In this document: piece by piece, positions 19,146-29,812 of the stretch | Layout: the number at the start of each line of letters is the position of its first letter | Position numbering within the stretch: position 1 is the first letter of the stretch | Virus record (IMG/VR): IMGVR_UViG_3300047476_001657 | Location: 29,304-93,303 of that record | DNA length: 64,000 nucleotides | Direction: 5' to 3' (one strand) | Origin: a virus | Position numbers and translations under genes: made by a program | Notes under the pieces: model-generated | What the model was told of the DNA's origin: nothing | Seen by the model: the letters and a program-made list of their open reading frames with translations, nothing else | Databases searched by the model: none

Positions 19146-20905
19146 TGGGTAATGTAGATAATTTTAGAGTTGTATTAGGTTCACTTAGGTACAAAGCAGC
19201 ACCTAATACTAACCTATTTTTCCAAGTTCCATTCTTTCAAACGAGTAAGGAAATGGATGAATTTGATAGGACTGTTGATGTTGCCTTGGAACAAGTATTT
19301 GACGATGAAAGACAAATTTCAGATTCATTTAGACCATCCTGTAAGTTCTCTTTAATTTTTAAAAATAAGTTTAGTGGGACTACTAATTATCCGCCTTTTG
19401 AAAATAACCTATACTATATTAATTCTGATGTAGCCGCAGCAGCTCAGTGTGAATTTGGTACATCAACAGTTTGGTCAGGTTATCCACAATTTGAGGAATT
19501 TAATTTTGTGAGAAATGATTATAATGTTTCTGGTTATACTATTCCATCAGGAAATACTCTACCACATGTGAATTTTATAGCAAAAAGTGCAAACTCTTAT
19601 AATTGGAATTTTTATATGAGTTACGCATTTGATAATATAGACAAACAACTTGAAGCTGTTGATTCATCAAACATCACACATCTTTGGTCGGCCTCAACAG
19701 GAATACCATTTACAATACAAAAGAGAGTAGTCAATGGAAAACCTTTAATATCGTTTAATTGTCCTATGAAACATGGTTTATCTATTGGAGAATATGTGAT
19801 GTTAAGTTTTTCATACAACAACAGAAATACATTCCAAGTTTATTCTTTGGGAAACAATATATTCAATTCAGAAGAATTTACATTTAATATAATTGACACT
19901 GGATTTACTGGTACTACCTTCAATAATAATACAATAGGTACATTCAAAAGAGTAATCAATCTTTCAAATACTGGTGATACAATATCTAAATATTATATAA
20001 GAAGACACAAGATTTTAACGAATCCTAAAGATGCTAATATGGTAAAAGCAGGATTTGAACAAAATATATTTGGGTCAAAGAAAAAATATGAAAGTTCAGG
20101 ATTTACTCCAAATTATGTTGCTAGAGTTTCTGTTTTGGAAGGTTCACAATCCTTTACTCTTTCTTACAACTCAGATTTGAAAATTGGTTCATTGTTAGAT
20201 AATCATCAAAGACCTTTGACTGAACTATTTTTTAGTGTTATTTGGAGAGGTTATTTTGGTTGGACATTAGGAAAAGACCAACAAGGAAATTATAGAAAAT
20301 TAAAACAAGGGTATCAATTTAACTTACCTAATGGTGGAACTCCAACCAATTGGTGGAGTTTTAATAACACAAAATCAAATACTAATTTTACATATGGTGA
20401 ATACTCAGATAGTAGTCTTACATATACTTTTACTTATGTAAATCCTTTACAACAAGGTGATTTAATTGATGGTGCTTTTTGTGAATGGAATGATTATGAA
20501 CAAAAAGAACGTGTAATATCAAATATATACCATAAAATAACTTATAACCCAACTGTATTTAACTTAAATGATTTGTCGGTAAATACAAATCCAAAAGGTT
20601 ATTACTATGAACCACACTACCCATTAACAATTAGAGTTTTTTCTGATTACATAGAAGAAGCTCCACCACAAAACAATTATGACATTCCAAATTACTCGTA
20701 TTTCTCACAACTTAATAATGCTTTCAGATGGAGAGATATATATTCATATGGGTACATAGATACCACTGGTTTAGGTGTTAACTACCCATTTTTAAATGGA
20801 TTTCATTATCCATTTGCAAATTATATATTTAGAATCATTCCGGAAGGTTCTGATTTTGTAGAACAAACCATAATCGAAGACCCAACAACTGATCCTTGTG
20901 AGTAA
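19145..20905 (+). CDS. Putative virion structural protein
   Basis: Coupled TAATG junction; beta-rich, aromatic composition; structural operon. Confidence 0.6.
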   Translation: MGNVDNFRVVLGSLRYKAAPNTNLFFQVPFFQTSKEMDEFDRTVDVALEQVFDDERQISDSFRPSCKFSLIFKNKFSGTTNYPPFENNLYYINSDVAAAAQCEFGTSTVWSGYPQFEEFNFVRNDYNVSGYTIPSGNTLPHVNFIAKSANSYNWNFYMSYAFDNIDKQLEAVDSSNITHLWSASTGIPFTIQKRVVNGKPLISFNCPMKHGLSIGEYVMLSFSYNNRNTFQVYSLGNNIFNSEEFTFNIIDTGFTGTTFNNNTIGTFKRVINLSNTGDTISKYYIRRHKILTNPKDANMVKAGFEQNIFGSKKKYESSGFTPNYVARVSVLEGSQSFTLSYNSDLKIGSLLDNHQRPLTELFFSVIWRGYFGWTLGKDQQGNYRKLKQGYQFNLPNGGTPTNWWSFNNTKSNTNFTYGEYSDSSLTYTFTYVNPLQQGDLIDGAFCEWNDYEQKERVISNIYHKITYNPTVFNLNDLSVNTNPKGYYYEPHYPLTIRVFSDYIEEAPPQNNYDIPNYSYFSQLNNAFRWRDIYSYGYIDTTGLGVNYPFLNGFHYPFANYIFRIIPEGSDFVEQTIIEDPTTDPCE

Positions 20906-21716
20906 CAAATATTATTTCAAATTACCAACAACTAATCAGACAATTCAATTGCCTATTGAAATTCAGTGGGATTTTTTGGATAGATCCGATAGTATAGAAA
21001 TATATCAAAATGAAATTGTCAAAGAAGTTATTGGTTCTGCTGAAGATTTTGAAATAGCACAATTTGCACACGATGTGGTTTCACCTTTAGATTTATCAAC
21101 TAGTGTCAATTATGAGTTCTATTTTTACAATACTGGTTCACCAACAAGTATTTCCGCAACTACAACATCAAATGATTGGATTAACTCATATATAACTGAG
21201 GGATTTACAAGTAAAGAGATATATTATAATAGTAACTCATTTACTAAATCTTTTTTCAAATTGGATTTTTATGATAACCCAAACCCTAAGAATCAAGTAA
21301 ATTATTTTACAATTATTATACCAACTCAACAAGGTCTTACGATGACTGCATCAACCTCACCATATCTACCAACAGTTTTAATTAGAAAACCTAAATTTAA
21401 ACTTGATTATGTTGGAGATAAGGAGGGATTCTTTATTTATTGGTTGAGAAATACAAATTACTTGAATATAGACACTTTTTATATGAGTGCTAAATTCTTT
21501 GATGCTAAAATAGGTGTTTTTGTTAAAATGATGAATCAACCACAATCCAATTTACCAATTGGTAATGGAAGATTTAATTTTTTAGGTTCAACATATTTTT
21601 ATAATAAAGTTGTTTTGGATTACGAAAACAAGACTTACCAAGTTTTTAATAGTTCAAATCAAAGAATAGGGATTTCAAATAATCCAATAAAATGGTATGA
21701 ATATATTAGTCAATAA
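20898..21716 (+). CDS. Putative virion structural protein
   Basis: Overlapping GTG start; structural operon. Confidence 0.55.
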   Translation: MSNKYYFKLPTTNQTIQLPIEIQWDFLDRSDSIEIYQNEIVKEVIGSAEDFEIAQFAHDVVSPLDLSTSVNYEFYFYNTGSPTSISATTTSNDWINSYITEGFTSKEIYYNSNSFTKSFFKLDFYDNPNPKNQVNYFTIIIPTQQGLTMTASTSPYLPTVLIRKPKFKLDYVGDKEGFFIYWLRNTNYLNIDTFYMSAKFFDAKIGVFVKMMNQPQSNLPIGNGRFNFLGSTYFYNKVVLDYENKTYQVFNSSNQRIGISNNPIKWYEYISQ

Positions 21717-22894
21717 TGCAAAGTAGAAATTTTCATATTAAAATTTCACCAGAATTTATAAATGGGGATAAATTTTTTGTAAAATACAACGCTGGTACAT
21801 CACCAACAGGTGTAACAATAGACCCTTGTTGTGAAATAACAACCCCACCTACAATTGAAAATTATATAGGATACACAATAGCATATTCTGCTATGTCTCA
21901 AGTACTTTCAGGTGGAACTAAGGGTACTTCACTATTGACTGGATTAACAGTTCCAATCTTTTTAACACAAACGGCTGTTGATTTTGGGTACTATTCAGTA
22001 TTTGATGGATTTATATCTCAAAAAGACACAATGTTGAATTTTTTAGTTTCAGGTAGTACGAACCCACCATTTTATGATTGTTATTTTTATAACACATCAG
22101 AAGTTGAACTAAAAAAATATTTAAGTTTTACTGATTACTATCTTGATTGGGGTGATGGAAGTTCGGTACAAATTATCGGACCGAATTTACCAATGCCATA
22201 TCAACATACATACCAACAACCTGGTGAATATACAATAACATTTAGAGGTCTTAGTCCTTGGGGGAATAACTTGATTAAGAAAAAAGTTTACGTACCATTT
22301 ACTGGTGTTACAATAGATAACCCAAACGGTACAGCATATTTTACACCACAAGGTGGAAGTTGGTCAGGTACTGCCTTAGAATATGATTTTCTATATAGTG
22401 GTGATACGACTTGTGAAATTTATCAAGGGGGTGTTAATCCTTATTTATCAAGTCCTTTAGTAATATCAGGATATACTAAATCATCAATTGAAGATTTATC
22501 GGTTTATGGTCCTAAAAACAGTTTGTTTGGTGGTAAATTTAAACCTGATGTACAAGTGACAGGTACAACAGGTGTTGTTGGTACTGTATTTTCTGGTAAT
22601 CCAAGTTTACCATATACTGCATATACAATAAATGGAATGGATTATTATGATTATAATGATGGTACTACATTATTTATTGTTTCTGGTGTTACACCAATTG
22701 ATGTAATCTGTTCCGCAATAACCAAACAAGAATTTTTATTAAATGTTGTTGATGAACCTGAAATACAGTCTGATGTCTATATAGAAAGAGGAAAAAATTC
22801 AGCATTAGAACGACTTGTAAGATTGGGAGAGGTTGACAATGTTGGAGACTTAACCAAATATGGTTATGGTTTCTTTAATGTTATAAAAACATAA
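21716..22894 (+). CDS. Putative virion protein with PKD-like domain
   Basis: DWGDGS...HTYQQPGEYTI PKD signature. Confidence 0.65.
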   Translation: MQSRNFHIKISPEFINGDKFFVKYNAGTSPTGVTIDPCCEITTPPTIENYIGYTIAYSAMSQVLSGGTKGTSLLTGLTVPIFLTQTAVDFGYYSVFDGFISQKDTMLNFLVSGSTNPPFYDCYFYNTSEVELKKYLSFTDYYLDWGDGSSVQIIGPNLPMPYQHTYQQPGEYTITFRGLSPWGNNLIKKKVYVPFTGVTIDNPNGTAYFTPQGGSWSGTALEYDFLYSGDTTCEIYQGGVNPYLSSPLVISGYTKSSIEDLSVYGPKNSLFGGKFKPDVQVTGTTGVVGTVFSGNPSLPYTAYTINGMDYYDYNDGTTLFIVSGVTPIDVICSAITKQEFLLNVVDEPEIQSDVYIERGKNSALERLVRLGEVDNVGDLTKYGYGFFNVIKT

Positions 22895-22899
22895 AATTG

Positions 22900-22907
22900 A
22901 TATTTAT
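22900..22907 (+). promoter_or_regulatory. Putative late motif ATATTTAT
   Basis: 19 nt before ATG 22927. Confidence 0.6.
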
Positions 22908-22926
22908 TAAAAAAGAAGTTATATAA

Positions 22927-23835
22927 ATGGCAATAGGTAATTATGGTACGATAAGACCAGCAGATGTTTCACCAGAAGATGTTGAAATCATATTAAATTA
23001 TACTCCAACTAGAGATGAAACTCAAAACTTTTTGTTGACTAAGTTAGATGCTAAATCAATATTAAGACCATATTTCAATAACTCTGACACTGGTGGTAAT
23101 GCTAATGTTGAAATATTAGGGGGGTTGTATAATCTTACACTTCCTGCTGAACAATTCAATAGAGTGGGGATATACACCCTAATGATAAGACCTGCTCAAA
23201 TTAGAACAACAATATTAGATTGTGGTATTTTATCAGCATTACCGAATGTTAAAGGGTTAGTAATTGATTTAAACTCAGTACCAAATGAATTTATTAACAA
23301 ATTCGTTAATCAAGGTTTAGTTGGATTTAGAGTGGAATATCTTAATGACGATGGCTCAAAAATACCTAACTTTTTTAGGATTATTACATCATCTTTTTTC
23401 TGTGAACCAGTTGTTCAAAACTTGACAAACACGTCACAAAAATCAATCAGATATAGATATACAGATTCAAATACTAACTTGATATTTTGTACTTTATCAC
23501 CTTCTACAGCACCAACTAATAAACCTAATGCAATACCTTTTATAGGTCAACCAAATCAGAATATTATAATCACTAATACGTTCTTTAATCCAATTGTTTT
23601 GGACATTGAAATTGGTGAACATGACTTCTCAACATTGGCAATTGGATTGTTTGGAAATCAAACTAAGTCAATTGATGATGGTATTTACACACTTTACGAT
23701 AGTGAAAACAACATTTATAAACAATACAACTTATACGAAATTAGAGATCAATTCAATGACTTACTATTTGAAGTTAGACAAGATAGAGGTGATAACATTG
23801 ATTTTAGTAAAAACTTTACAAATATAACACAATAA
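22927..23835 (+). CDS. Putative virion structural protein
   Basis: 302-aa ORF with its own late motif, coupled to the next gene. Confidence 0.6.
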   Translation: MAIGNYGTIRPADVSPEDVEIILNYTPTRDETQNFLLTKLDAKSILRPYFNNSDTGGNANVEILGGLYNLTLPAEQFNRVGIYTLMIRPAQIRTTILDCGILSALPNVKGLVIDLNSVPNEFINKFVNQGLVGFRVEYLNDDGSKIPNFFRIITSSFFCEPVVQNLTNTSQKSIRYRYTDSNTNLIFCTLSPSTAPTNKPNAIPFIGQPNQNIIITNTFFNPIVLDIEIGEHDFSTLAIGLFGNQTKSIDDGIYTLYDSENNIYKQYNLYEIRDQFNDLLFEVRQDRGDNIDFSKNFTNITQ

Positions 23836-26800
23836 TGGCCAATAAATTTACTTGTCCACCTCAAGCGGTGTCTGGTTCAGATACTTTTTCAGATAATTTA
23901 GTTGGAGTACAACTAGTTAATGGAGGTGGATTAACGTTAGGTAATTTTAACTTTACTACAACTGTAACTGAAAAGGTTAATAGAAATTTCAGTATCGGTG
24001 TATTTTCAAATCCAATGAGTTTAGACTCAATGGGTGTTTCAGACGTTAATCAGGCCAAAAGTGTTGTTCAAAATAATTTTAAGGTATTTCCTAATTATGA
24101 TTTATCACAAGTAACAAATTTTACTTTATATGGTTCGTTGACTAAAAGAATGTCAGCAGCAATCACACAAATAATTAGTTATTTCCCAGCTGGTTTAGAA
24201 TCAAATAAAGTAGGTATTAATTATACTTCTGGAGTAACTGCTTCAGATATTTTTTACGATGATGTTACTAAACAAACAAAACTAAGTTTAGATGTTTCTA
24301 GATTAAGAAACCCATTTGAAGTTGATTTTACAGTAAATTCAACGAGAAATTTACAATTAAGAGAAATACAAGTATCTCCTTTGAGAGATATGACATTAGA
24401 ATATGCAAAGTATTCATTATATTACTTAGGTAGTGGTTTTAATGTAACTAGAATAGAACCCACACAATCATTGAATAGTGGAACTTTAGTTCTTTATGTT
24501 TCAGGAAATCCATTTTCTGGACAGTCTGAAGTTTATGAGGATATTATAGTAAGACCGAATGATTTAATTGTATCACAGACTTTCAATGAAGATTTAGACG
24601 AAGTTGAGAAGTTTTTACTAAATAGAAATATAAATCCAATTTATACTTCAAGTTTTAGAGTACCAAAAGAAAACGAAGATGGTACGTTTTATATTGAAAA
24701 TCAACTAGTTACTTGGCCACTTTACGGTAGATGGAATTTAGATATTATCACAGCTAATTTCCAACAATATTTAAGTAATTTAAATAGTATAAGTGAATAT
24801 TATGATAATTTAAGTACTAACTTAATATCAAGATTTTTAACACCAGAATCATTTACTGAATTTGATACAATTGACAGAAAAATTGAAAAAATATTACAAT
24901 TGTATGGTAGAAGTTTTGATGAGATTCAAAAATATGTAACACCACTATCTTTCATTAACTCAGTAAATTATAATGTTGGAAATGATATATCATCACAACT
25001 ACTTCGTAATTTGGCTTTAACATTAGGTTGGAGTACAAACATATCACCAATTTCCGATTCACAATTTTTGACTTCGGTATATGGCCAAATAAACAACGAT
25101 GTGTCAAAATATTCAGGAATTTCAACACAACCGACACCTGATGAATTAAATTATCAATTTTATAGAAATATTATTTTAAATTCAGCGTATCTTTTCAAAT
25201 CAAAAGGGACAAGAAAATCAATTGAAGGTCTTTTGAGAATGATAGGTGCACCAGAGGCTTTAACTGAATTTAATGAATTTGTATATACTGCTGACCAACC
25301 AATAAATCTTGATGAATTTAACACTTATTGGGCGAGTATTTCGGGTGGTACTTATATATCTGAAAGTCCAATCTTAGAAGAAGGTAATGTATTTTCAATT
25401 CAAGGAATTGACTATACAGGATTTACAACAACTAATTCAATTACTAGTGTAAATTTGTCTTTATCTGATTATCCTATTGATAGTGAAGGATACCCATCAG
25501 CTCCGGTGGACTCTGAAAGTTATTTTTTCCAAATAGGTGGTGGTTGGTTTGAACAAACACCGCAACACAGAGGTCCTGAAGTTGTCGTACCCACATTCAA
25601 CACTTTCACGGGTCAAAATACAAATATACAAACAAGTTTACTCCCCCCAACATATGGTCAAATCTATTTGAATAGATTTAGAAAATTTCCATTTATGAAC
25701 TTAGGGTTTGTTTTAATACCTCAAGTTGATAATAACAAAAGTTGGTATACATCTGAAACAGGTCTTAGAGTAAATCTTGATGCAAATTTAAATGCTAGAT
25801 ACTTTGTTGATGATGAGAAATTGGTAATGAATGTCAAAAATGTTGACATTTTTATGAATCCAGCTCAAGGTATTGCTTATGATATTTGGTCAATGTCAAG
25901 AGCATTTAATTATCCAATACCTAACGAGGGTTTAAATTATGTACAACCAACTTATTGTGACCCTAATCCATATACTATTTATCCTGATAAAGGTGGAGTG
26001 GATTGGACTGTAATTAATCCTGAACCTAAGTTAAAAACTTTTTTTGAATTTGCTCAAACATTTTGGCAAAACACAATTAATGTAAGAAATAGACAATTTT
26101 CATCTAATGGAAAAACAGGTGGTTACCCAACATTAGAATCTATATTTTGGAGATATATTGAATCTGAAGAAATTGCCAATTTACCTAATAACAACTTTAA
26201 ATATGAAAATATGATTGAGTATGTTAATGGTATGGGTGATTATTGGATTAGATTAATTGAACAAATGATACCAGCAACAACAATTTGGAATACTGGTATC
26301 AAAATGGAAAACTCTATTTTCCACAGACAAAAATTTGTATGGAGAAGACAAGAAGGTTGTAAATTAATTCCTGGTGATAAAGGTGGTACTCAATCAACAC
26401 CACCAATACGAAATCCTAAAGGGGGAGTGTTAGTTCAAACTCCACCAGCTGGAATTTCAGTACCGACTATCCAATTTAAACCAAGTGATTCTGAGGAAGG
26501 ACCTATTGGTTTCAAAGGTATGCCACCACTTTGTAGACCTTGTGCTTTAATTACAAACGTATTTGAGTATGATTGTGCTGTAGAGTCAATTGAATGTCCT
26601 ATATATCCTTGGGAATCTGACCCACAAGTTACAACAATAACTGGGGTTTTAGGAAAAGTACTTAATACTTATCTTATTAATAATGGGTATGAACTCAATG
26701 ATTGTGTTTTGAATTCACTTACTAGTGAATGGTACATACAATTAAAAATTAACAATATTGTTGTTATTGAAACCCCATTTTTCAATGGTACAACTTATTC

Positions 26801-27005
26801 TTTTGCACCATTAAATGCACCAACTGAATCACAATACTATACGGCTTTGATTTCATCTTTAAATTCATTGAAGACGATGGGTTATGATTATTACATAACA
26901 GAAAATAACACTGTTGTTGTTTTCAACCAATTATGTCAAACAAATGAAAATGGTTTTGTATTCACTATTGACATTGGTATAAACTTTCAAATATTTTGTA
27001 GTTAA
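23835..27005 (+). CDS. Baseplate wedge protein (gp7 / P2 gpI-like domain)
   Basis: LLRNLALTLGW...AYLFKSKGTRKSIEGLLRMIG matches the KGT motif of gpI/gp7-type wedge proteins. Confidence 0.65.
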   Translation: MANKFTCPPQAVSGSDTFSDNLVGVQLVNGGGLTLGNFNFTTTVTEKVNRNFSIGVFSNPMSLDSMGVSDVNQAKSVVQNNFKVFPNYDLSQVTNFTLYGSLTKRMSAAITQIISYFPAGLESNKVGINYTSGVTASDIFYDDVTKQTKLSLDVSRLRNPFEVDFTVNSTRNLQLREIQVSPLRDMTLEYAKYSLYYLGSGFNVTRIEPTQSLNSGTLVLYVSGNPFSGQSEVYEDIIVRPNDLIVSQTFNEDLDEVEKFLLNRNINPIYTSSFRVPKENEDGTFYIENQLVTWPLYGRWNLDIITANFQQYLSNLNSISEYYDNLSTNLISRFLTPESFTEFDTIDRKIEKILQLYGRSFDEIQKYVTPLSFINSVNYNVGNDISSQLLRNLALTLGWSTNISPISDSQFLTSVYGQINNDVSKYSGISTQPTPDELNYQFYRNIILNSAYLFKSKGTRKSIEGLLRMIGAPEALTEFNEFVYTADQPINLDEFNTYWASISGGTYISESPILEEGNVFSIQGIDYTGFTTTNSITSVNLSLSDYPIDSEGYPSAPVDSESYFFQIGGGWFEQTPQHRGPEVVVPTFNTFTGQNTNIQTSLLPPTYGQIYLNRFRKFPFMNLGFVLIPQVDNNKSWYTSETGLRVNLDANLNARYFVDDEKLVMNVKNVDIFMNPAQGIAYDIWSMSRAFNYPIPNEGLNYVQPTYCDPNPYTIYPDKGGVDWTVINPEPKLKTFFEFAQTFWQNTINVRNRQFSSNGKTGGYPTLESIFWRYIESEEIANLPNNNFKYENMIEYVNGMGDYWIRLIEQMIPATTIWNTGIKMENSIFHRQKFVWRRQEGCKLIPGDKGGTQSTPPIRNPKGGVLVQTPPAGISVPTIQFKPSDSEEGPIGFKGMPPLCRPCALITNVFEYDCAVESIECPIYPWESDPQVTTITGVLGKVLNTYLINNGYELNDCVLNSLTSEWYIQLKINNIVVIETPFFNGTTYSFAPLNAPTESQYYTALISSLNSLKTMGYDYYITENNTVVVFNQLCQTNENGFVFTIDIGINFQIFCS

Positions 27006-29176
27006 TGAGTTGTTTTTTAAATGTTACATTAACTGGGTTTACTGGAGATTGTTTTAACACAAATAGTGGTTCTTTTGGTATTACAATTGATGGTAGTGCA
27101 CCTGATTATACAATCCAATGGATAAATCCTACGTATGGAACATTCCCTTTGGGAGCTGGTGTTACAGGATATTCATTAAATTCCCTTTCGGCCGGTACTT
27201 ATACATTTAATGTTATTGATAGTTGTCCATCAGGAAACACCAACAGTTTAATAAATGTTTATATATCATCAGGAACTTGTGTTTCTATATTGGATTCATC
27301 TAATACTAGTTGTGGATTCAATAATGGGTCTATTACAGCATCAACATCTAATTTATATTTTGCTTCAACATATAACTTATATGAGTTAACAAGTGGATTT
27401 ATAACTTCAGGTACAACAGCTGCACCATATTACATTTTTACTTCACTTTCAGCTGGAACTTATTATGTAATTGCTGATGATGGAGGTGGATGTTCGGGTA
27501 AAAGTGAAAGTTGTATTATAAAAAGTTCAACAACTCTAAACTTTGGGTTATATCAAATTAACAACTCAGCTTGTGTTAATAGTTTGGGTTCACTATATGT
27601 TACCGGATTGACAGGTACACCACCTTACACATACTCTTGGCTACCAAATGGTGAAACAACATCGTCTATAACTGGTTTAACCAATGGTTCATATTCAGTG
27701 ACAGTAACTGATGGTTTGGGTTGTACAACATCACAAGGTGCAATAATTGGACAAGTTCCAGTTTTAAATACGATTTTACTTAATGATGTACAACCAACTT
27801 GTTTTACGGCTAATGGTGAAAGTACATTATATATTTCAGGTGGTACTGCACCATATCATTTACAAGCATCAAATGGTGAAATTGTTATAACTTTTTCACA
27901 ATCATATATTTTTACTGGTTTATCATCAGGATATTTTTCAGTGACAGTAACCGATGCTGGATTATGTCAATCTACAGCGTACACAACATTACAAACACCT
28001 AGTGCTTTGTCAGTTATATCAATTGATGTTAGTAATTCTAATTGTAATAATTCTGATGGACAGATTTCTGTTTCAGTTTTTGGTGGTGCTGCACCTTATA
28101 CTTACACTTTAACAGATTCATCAAATTTCCAACAAATAGGAATACAACCAACACAAAATGCGGGATTTATATTTACATCTTTGAGTTCTGATACATATAC
28201 TTTGACAATTACAGACTCAAGTAATTTATGTCCTTATTCTGGAAGTGTGGTCGTTAATAATAACGTCTTGTTTAGTTTATCTGCAACACCAATTAATTCA
28301 TATTGCAATCAAGCAAACGGTGAAGTGTTTTTAAGTATTTCAAGTGGAGGAACACCTCCATACAGATATCAAATAAATGGTTTTGATATTTTGAATGTGA
28401 CAGGACAAACATACAATTTTACAAATTTACTACCAGGTAATTACACTGCTATAGTTACAGATGCTAATTTATGTTCTCAAACTTTACCATTTACAATAAA
28501 TAATGTAGGTTCATTAGATTTTGTATTCACAAGTGTAAATCCTACAATAGGTAATACTGGTGAAATAAGTACATTTTTAACTGAAGTTACACCCCCCTAT
28601 ACTTTATTTTGGAGTCCGAATGTAAATGGTCAAACAGGTCTAACAGTTACTGGTCTCACAGCTGGTACATATACCCTAACAGTAATAGATTATTGGGGTT
28701 GTACAAAAACTAGAAGTATTACTTTAACTGGATTAAATTTAGTTTCCTCTTTTGAAAGTTATACAATATGTCAAGGTTTACTTATTGATACTGGTACATT
28801 TATACGAAAAGGACCACAACAAATGTTGTTAGAAGGATTTACGGATTTAACATCAGGTGATACGAATTGTATTTTAAATCAAGCAGTATTTGAAGTTGTT
28901 GTAACTTTAACAGGAGTAACATCAGTAACAACTGCCACAACATTTTTCACAGGAACTAGTTTAAATGATTTCCCAAGTGATGATGATTATTATAATGTGG
29001 TAGAATCATTACTTTTGAGTTTCACTGGAATTACTGAAGTTATTGTAGAACCTATTGAAAATAAAATAACAATAGCTACTATTTGTAACCCCTCTGATGA
29101 ATATATAGATACTGATGTTTTGATAGAAATTAAAATCTATTATGATATAAGTTGTGAAAACATCGGTCCTCCATAA
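27005..29176 (+). CDS. SprB-repeat, Cys-rich fibre/adhesin-like virion protein
   Basis: About 7 repeats of C..nG.i...sGGtpPYtY.W..g......GL..GtY.vtVtD..gC. Confidence 0.75.
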   Translation: MSCFLNVTLTGFTGDCFNTNSGSFGITIDGSAPDYTIQWINPTYGTFPLGAGVTGYSLNSLSAGTYTFNVIDSCPSGNTNSLINVYISSGTCVSILDSSNTSCGFNNGSITASTSNLYFASTYNLYELTSGFITSGTTAAPYYIFTSLSAGTYYVIADDGGGCSGKSESCIIKSSTTLNFGLYQINNSACVNSLGSLYVTGLTGTPPYTYSWLPNGETTSSITGLTNGSYSVTVTDGLGCTTSQGAIIGQVPVLNTILLNDVQPTCFTANGESTLYISGGTAPYHLQASNGEIVITFSQSYIFTGLSSGYFSVTVTDAGLCQSTAYTTLQTPSALSVISIDVSNSNCNNSDGQISVSVFGGAAPYTYTLTDSSNFQQIGIQPTQNAGFIFTSLSSDTYTLTITDSSNLCPYSGSVVVNNNVLFSLSATPINSYCNQANGEVFLSISSGGTPPYRYQINGFDILNVTGQTYNFTNLLPGNYTAIVTDANLCSQTLPFTINNVGSLDFVFTSVNPTIGNTGEISTFLTEVTPPYTLFWSPNVNGQTGLTVTGLTAGTYTLTVIDYWGCTKTRSITLTGLNLVSSFESYTICQGLLIDTGTFIRKGPQQMLLEGFTDLTSGDTNCILNQAVFEVVVTLTGVTSVTTATTFFTGTSLNDFPSDDDYYNVVESLLLSFTGITEVIVEPIENKITIATICNPSDEYIDTDVLIEIKIYYDISCENIGPP

Positions 29177-29180
29177 TAAA

Positions 29181-29205
29181 AAACCCCACCTAAAAAGTGG
29201 GGTTT
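29181..29205. terminator. Bidirectional terminator between convergent structural operons
   Basis: AAACCCCAC-ctaaaaa-GTGGGGTTT flanked by A and T runs. Confidence 0.85.
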
Positions 29206-29209
29206 AATT

Positions 29210-29809
29210 TTACCATAAGTTTTCTTGTTTCATATAACCTAAAACACAACAATAGGCATCACTCATATCAAAGTTCTCTTTTTTGAGTGTATTATTTTTA
29301 GTATATACCCAATTGATTTGAGGTTCACGTTTTGCAACTTGCTCCCAAATTATTTGTTTCTTATCACAATCTTTGGGGAATCCACCAAATAAAACAAACT
29401 TACCTTTACCATTGTCTTTGACTAACCAAGGAAAAGCAAACTTTCTAGAATTATAAGTTGATATATATTCAGGAACAATCCCCAATATATCATAAATCTC
29501 TTTGGAAATGAGAGTGTTATACCTCATCAATGTTTGAATGGTGTAAACATTATTTGAGTTTAATAATGGTTCTTCAATTACAACCTTTGTAATACCTAAA
29601 TTTCTATACTCTAATAATTTTGTTTTAAATATTTCAGATTTACAAAACAATTCCTTAATTTTGTTATCCTCTTTTGGTTTAACAATTGGTGAGACATGGG
29701 TTAACTCTAATAGTTCCTTACTATTAATGTCAAAAAGTGCCCAACCAATTGTTTTGGTGGACACATCAAGACCCAATATCTTTGGGGTAGTTTCTATATC
29801 TTTTGTCAT
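29210..29809 (-). CDS. ruvC: RuvC-like Holliday junction resolvase
   Basis: ILGLDVSTKTIGW, VVIEEP, DMSDAY acidic catalytic motifs. Confidence 0.82.
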   Translation of the reverse strand: MTKDIETTPKILGLDVSTKTIGWALFDINSKELLELTHVSPIVKPKEDNKIKELFCKSEIFKTKLLEYRNLGITKVVIEEPLLNSNNVYTIQTLMRYNTLISKEIYDILGIVPEYISTYNSRKFAFPWLVKDNGKGKFVLFGGFPKDCDKKQIIWEQVAKREPQINWVYTKNNTLKKENFDMSDAYCCVLGYMKQENLW

Positions 29810-29812
29810 AAA

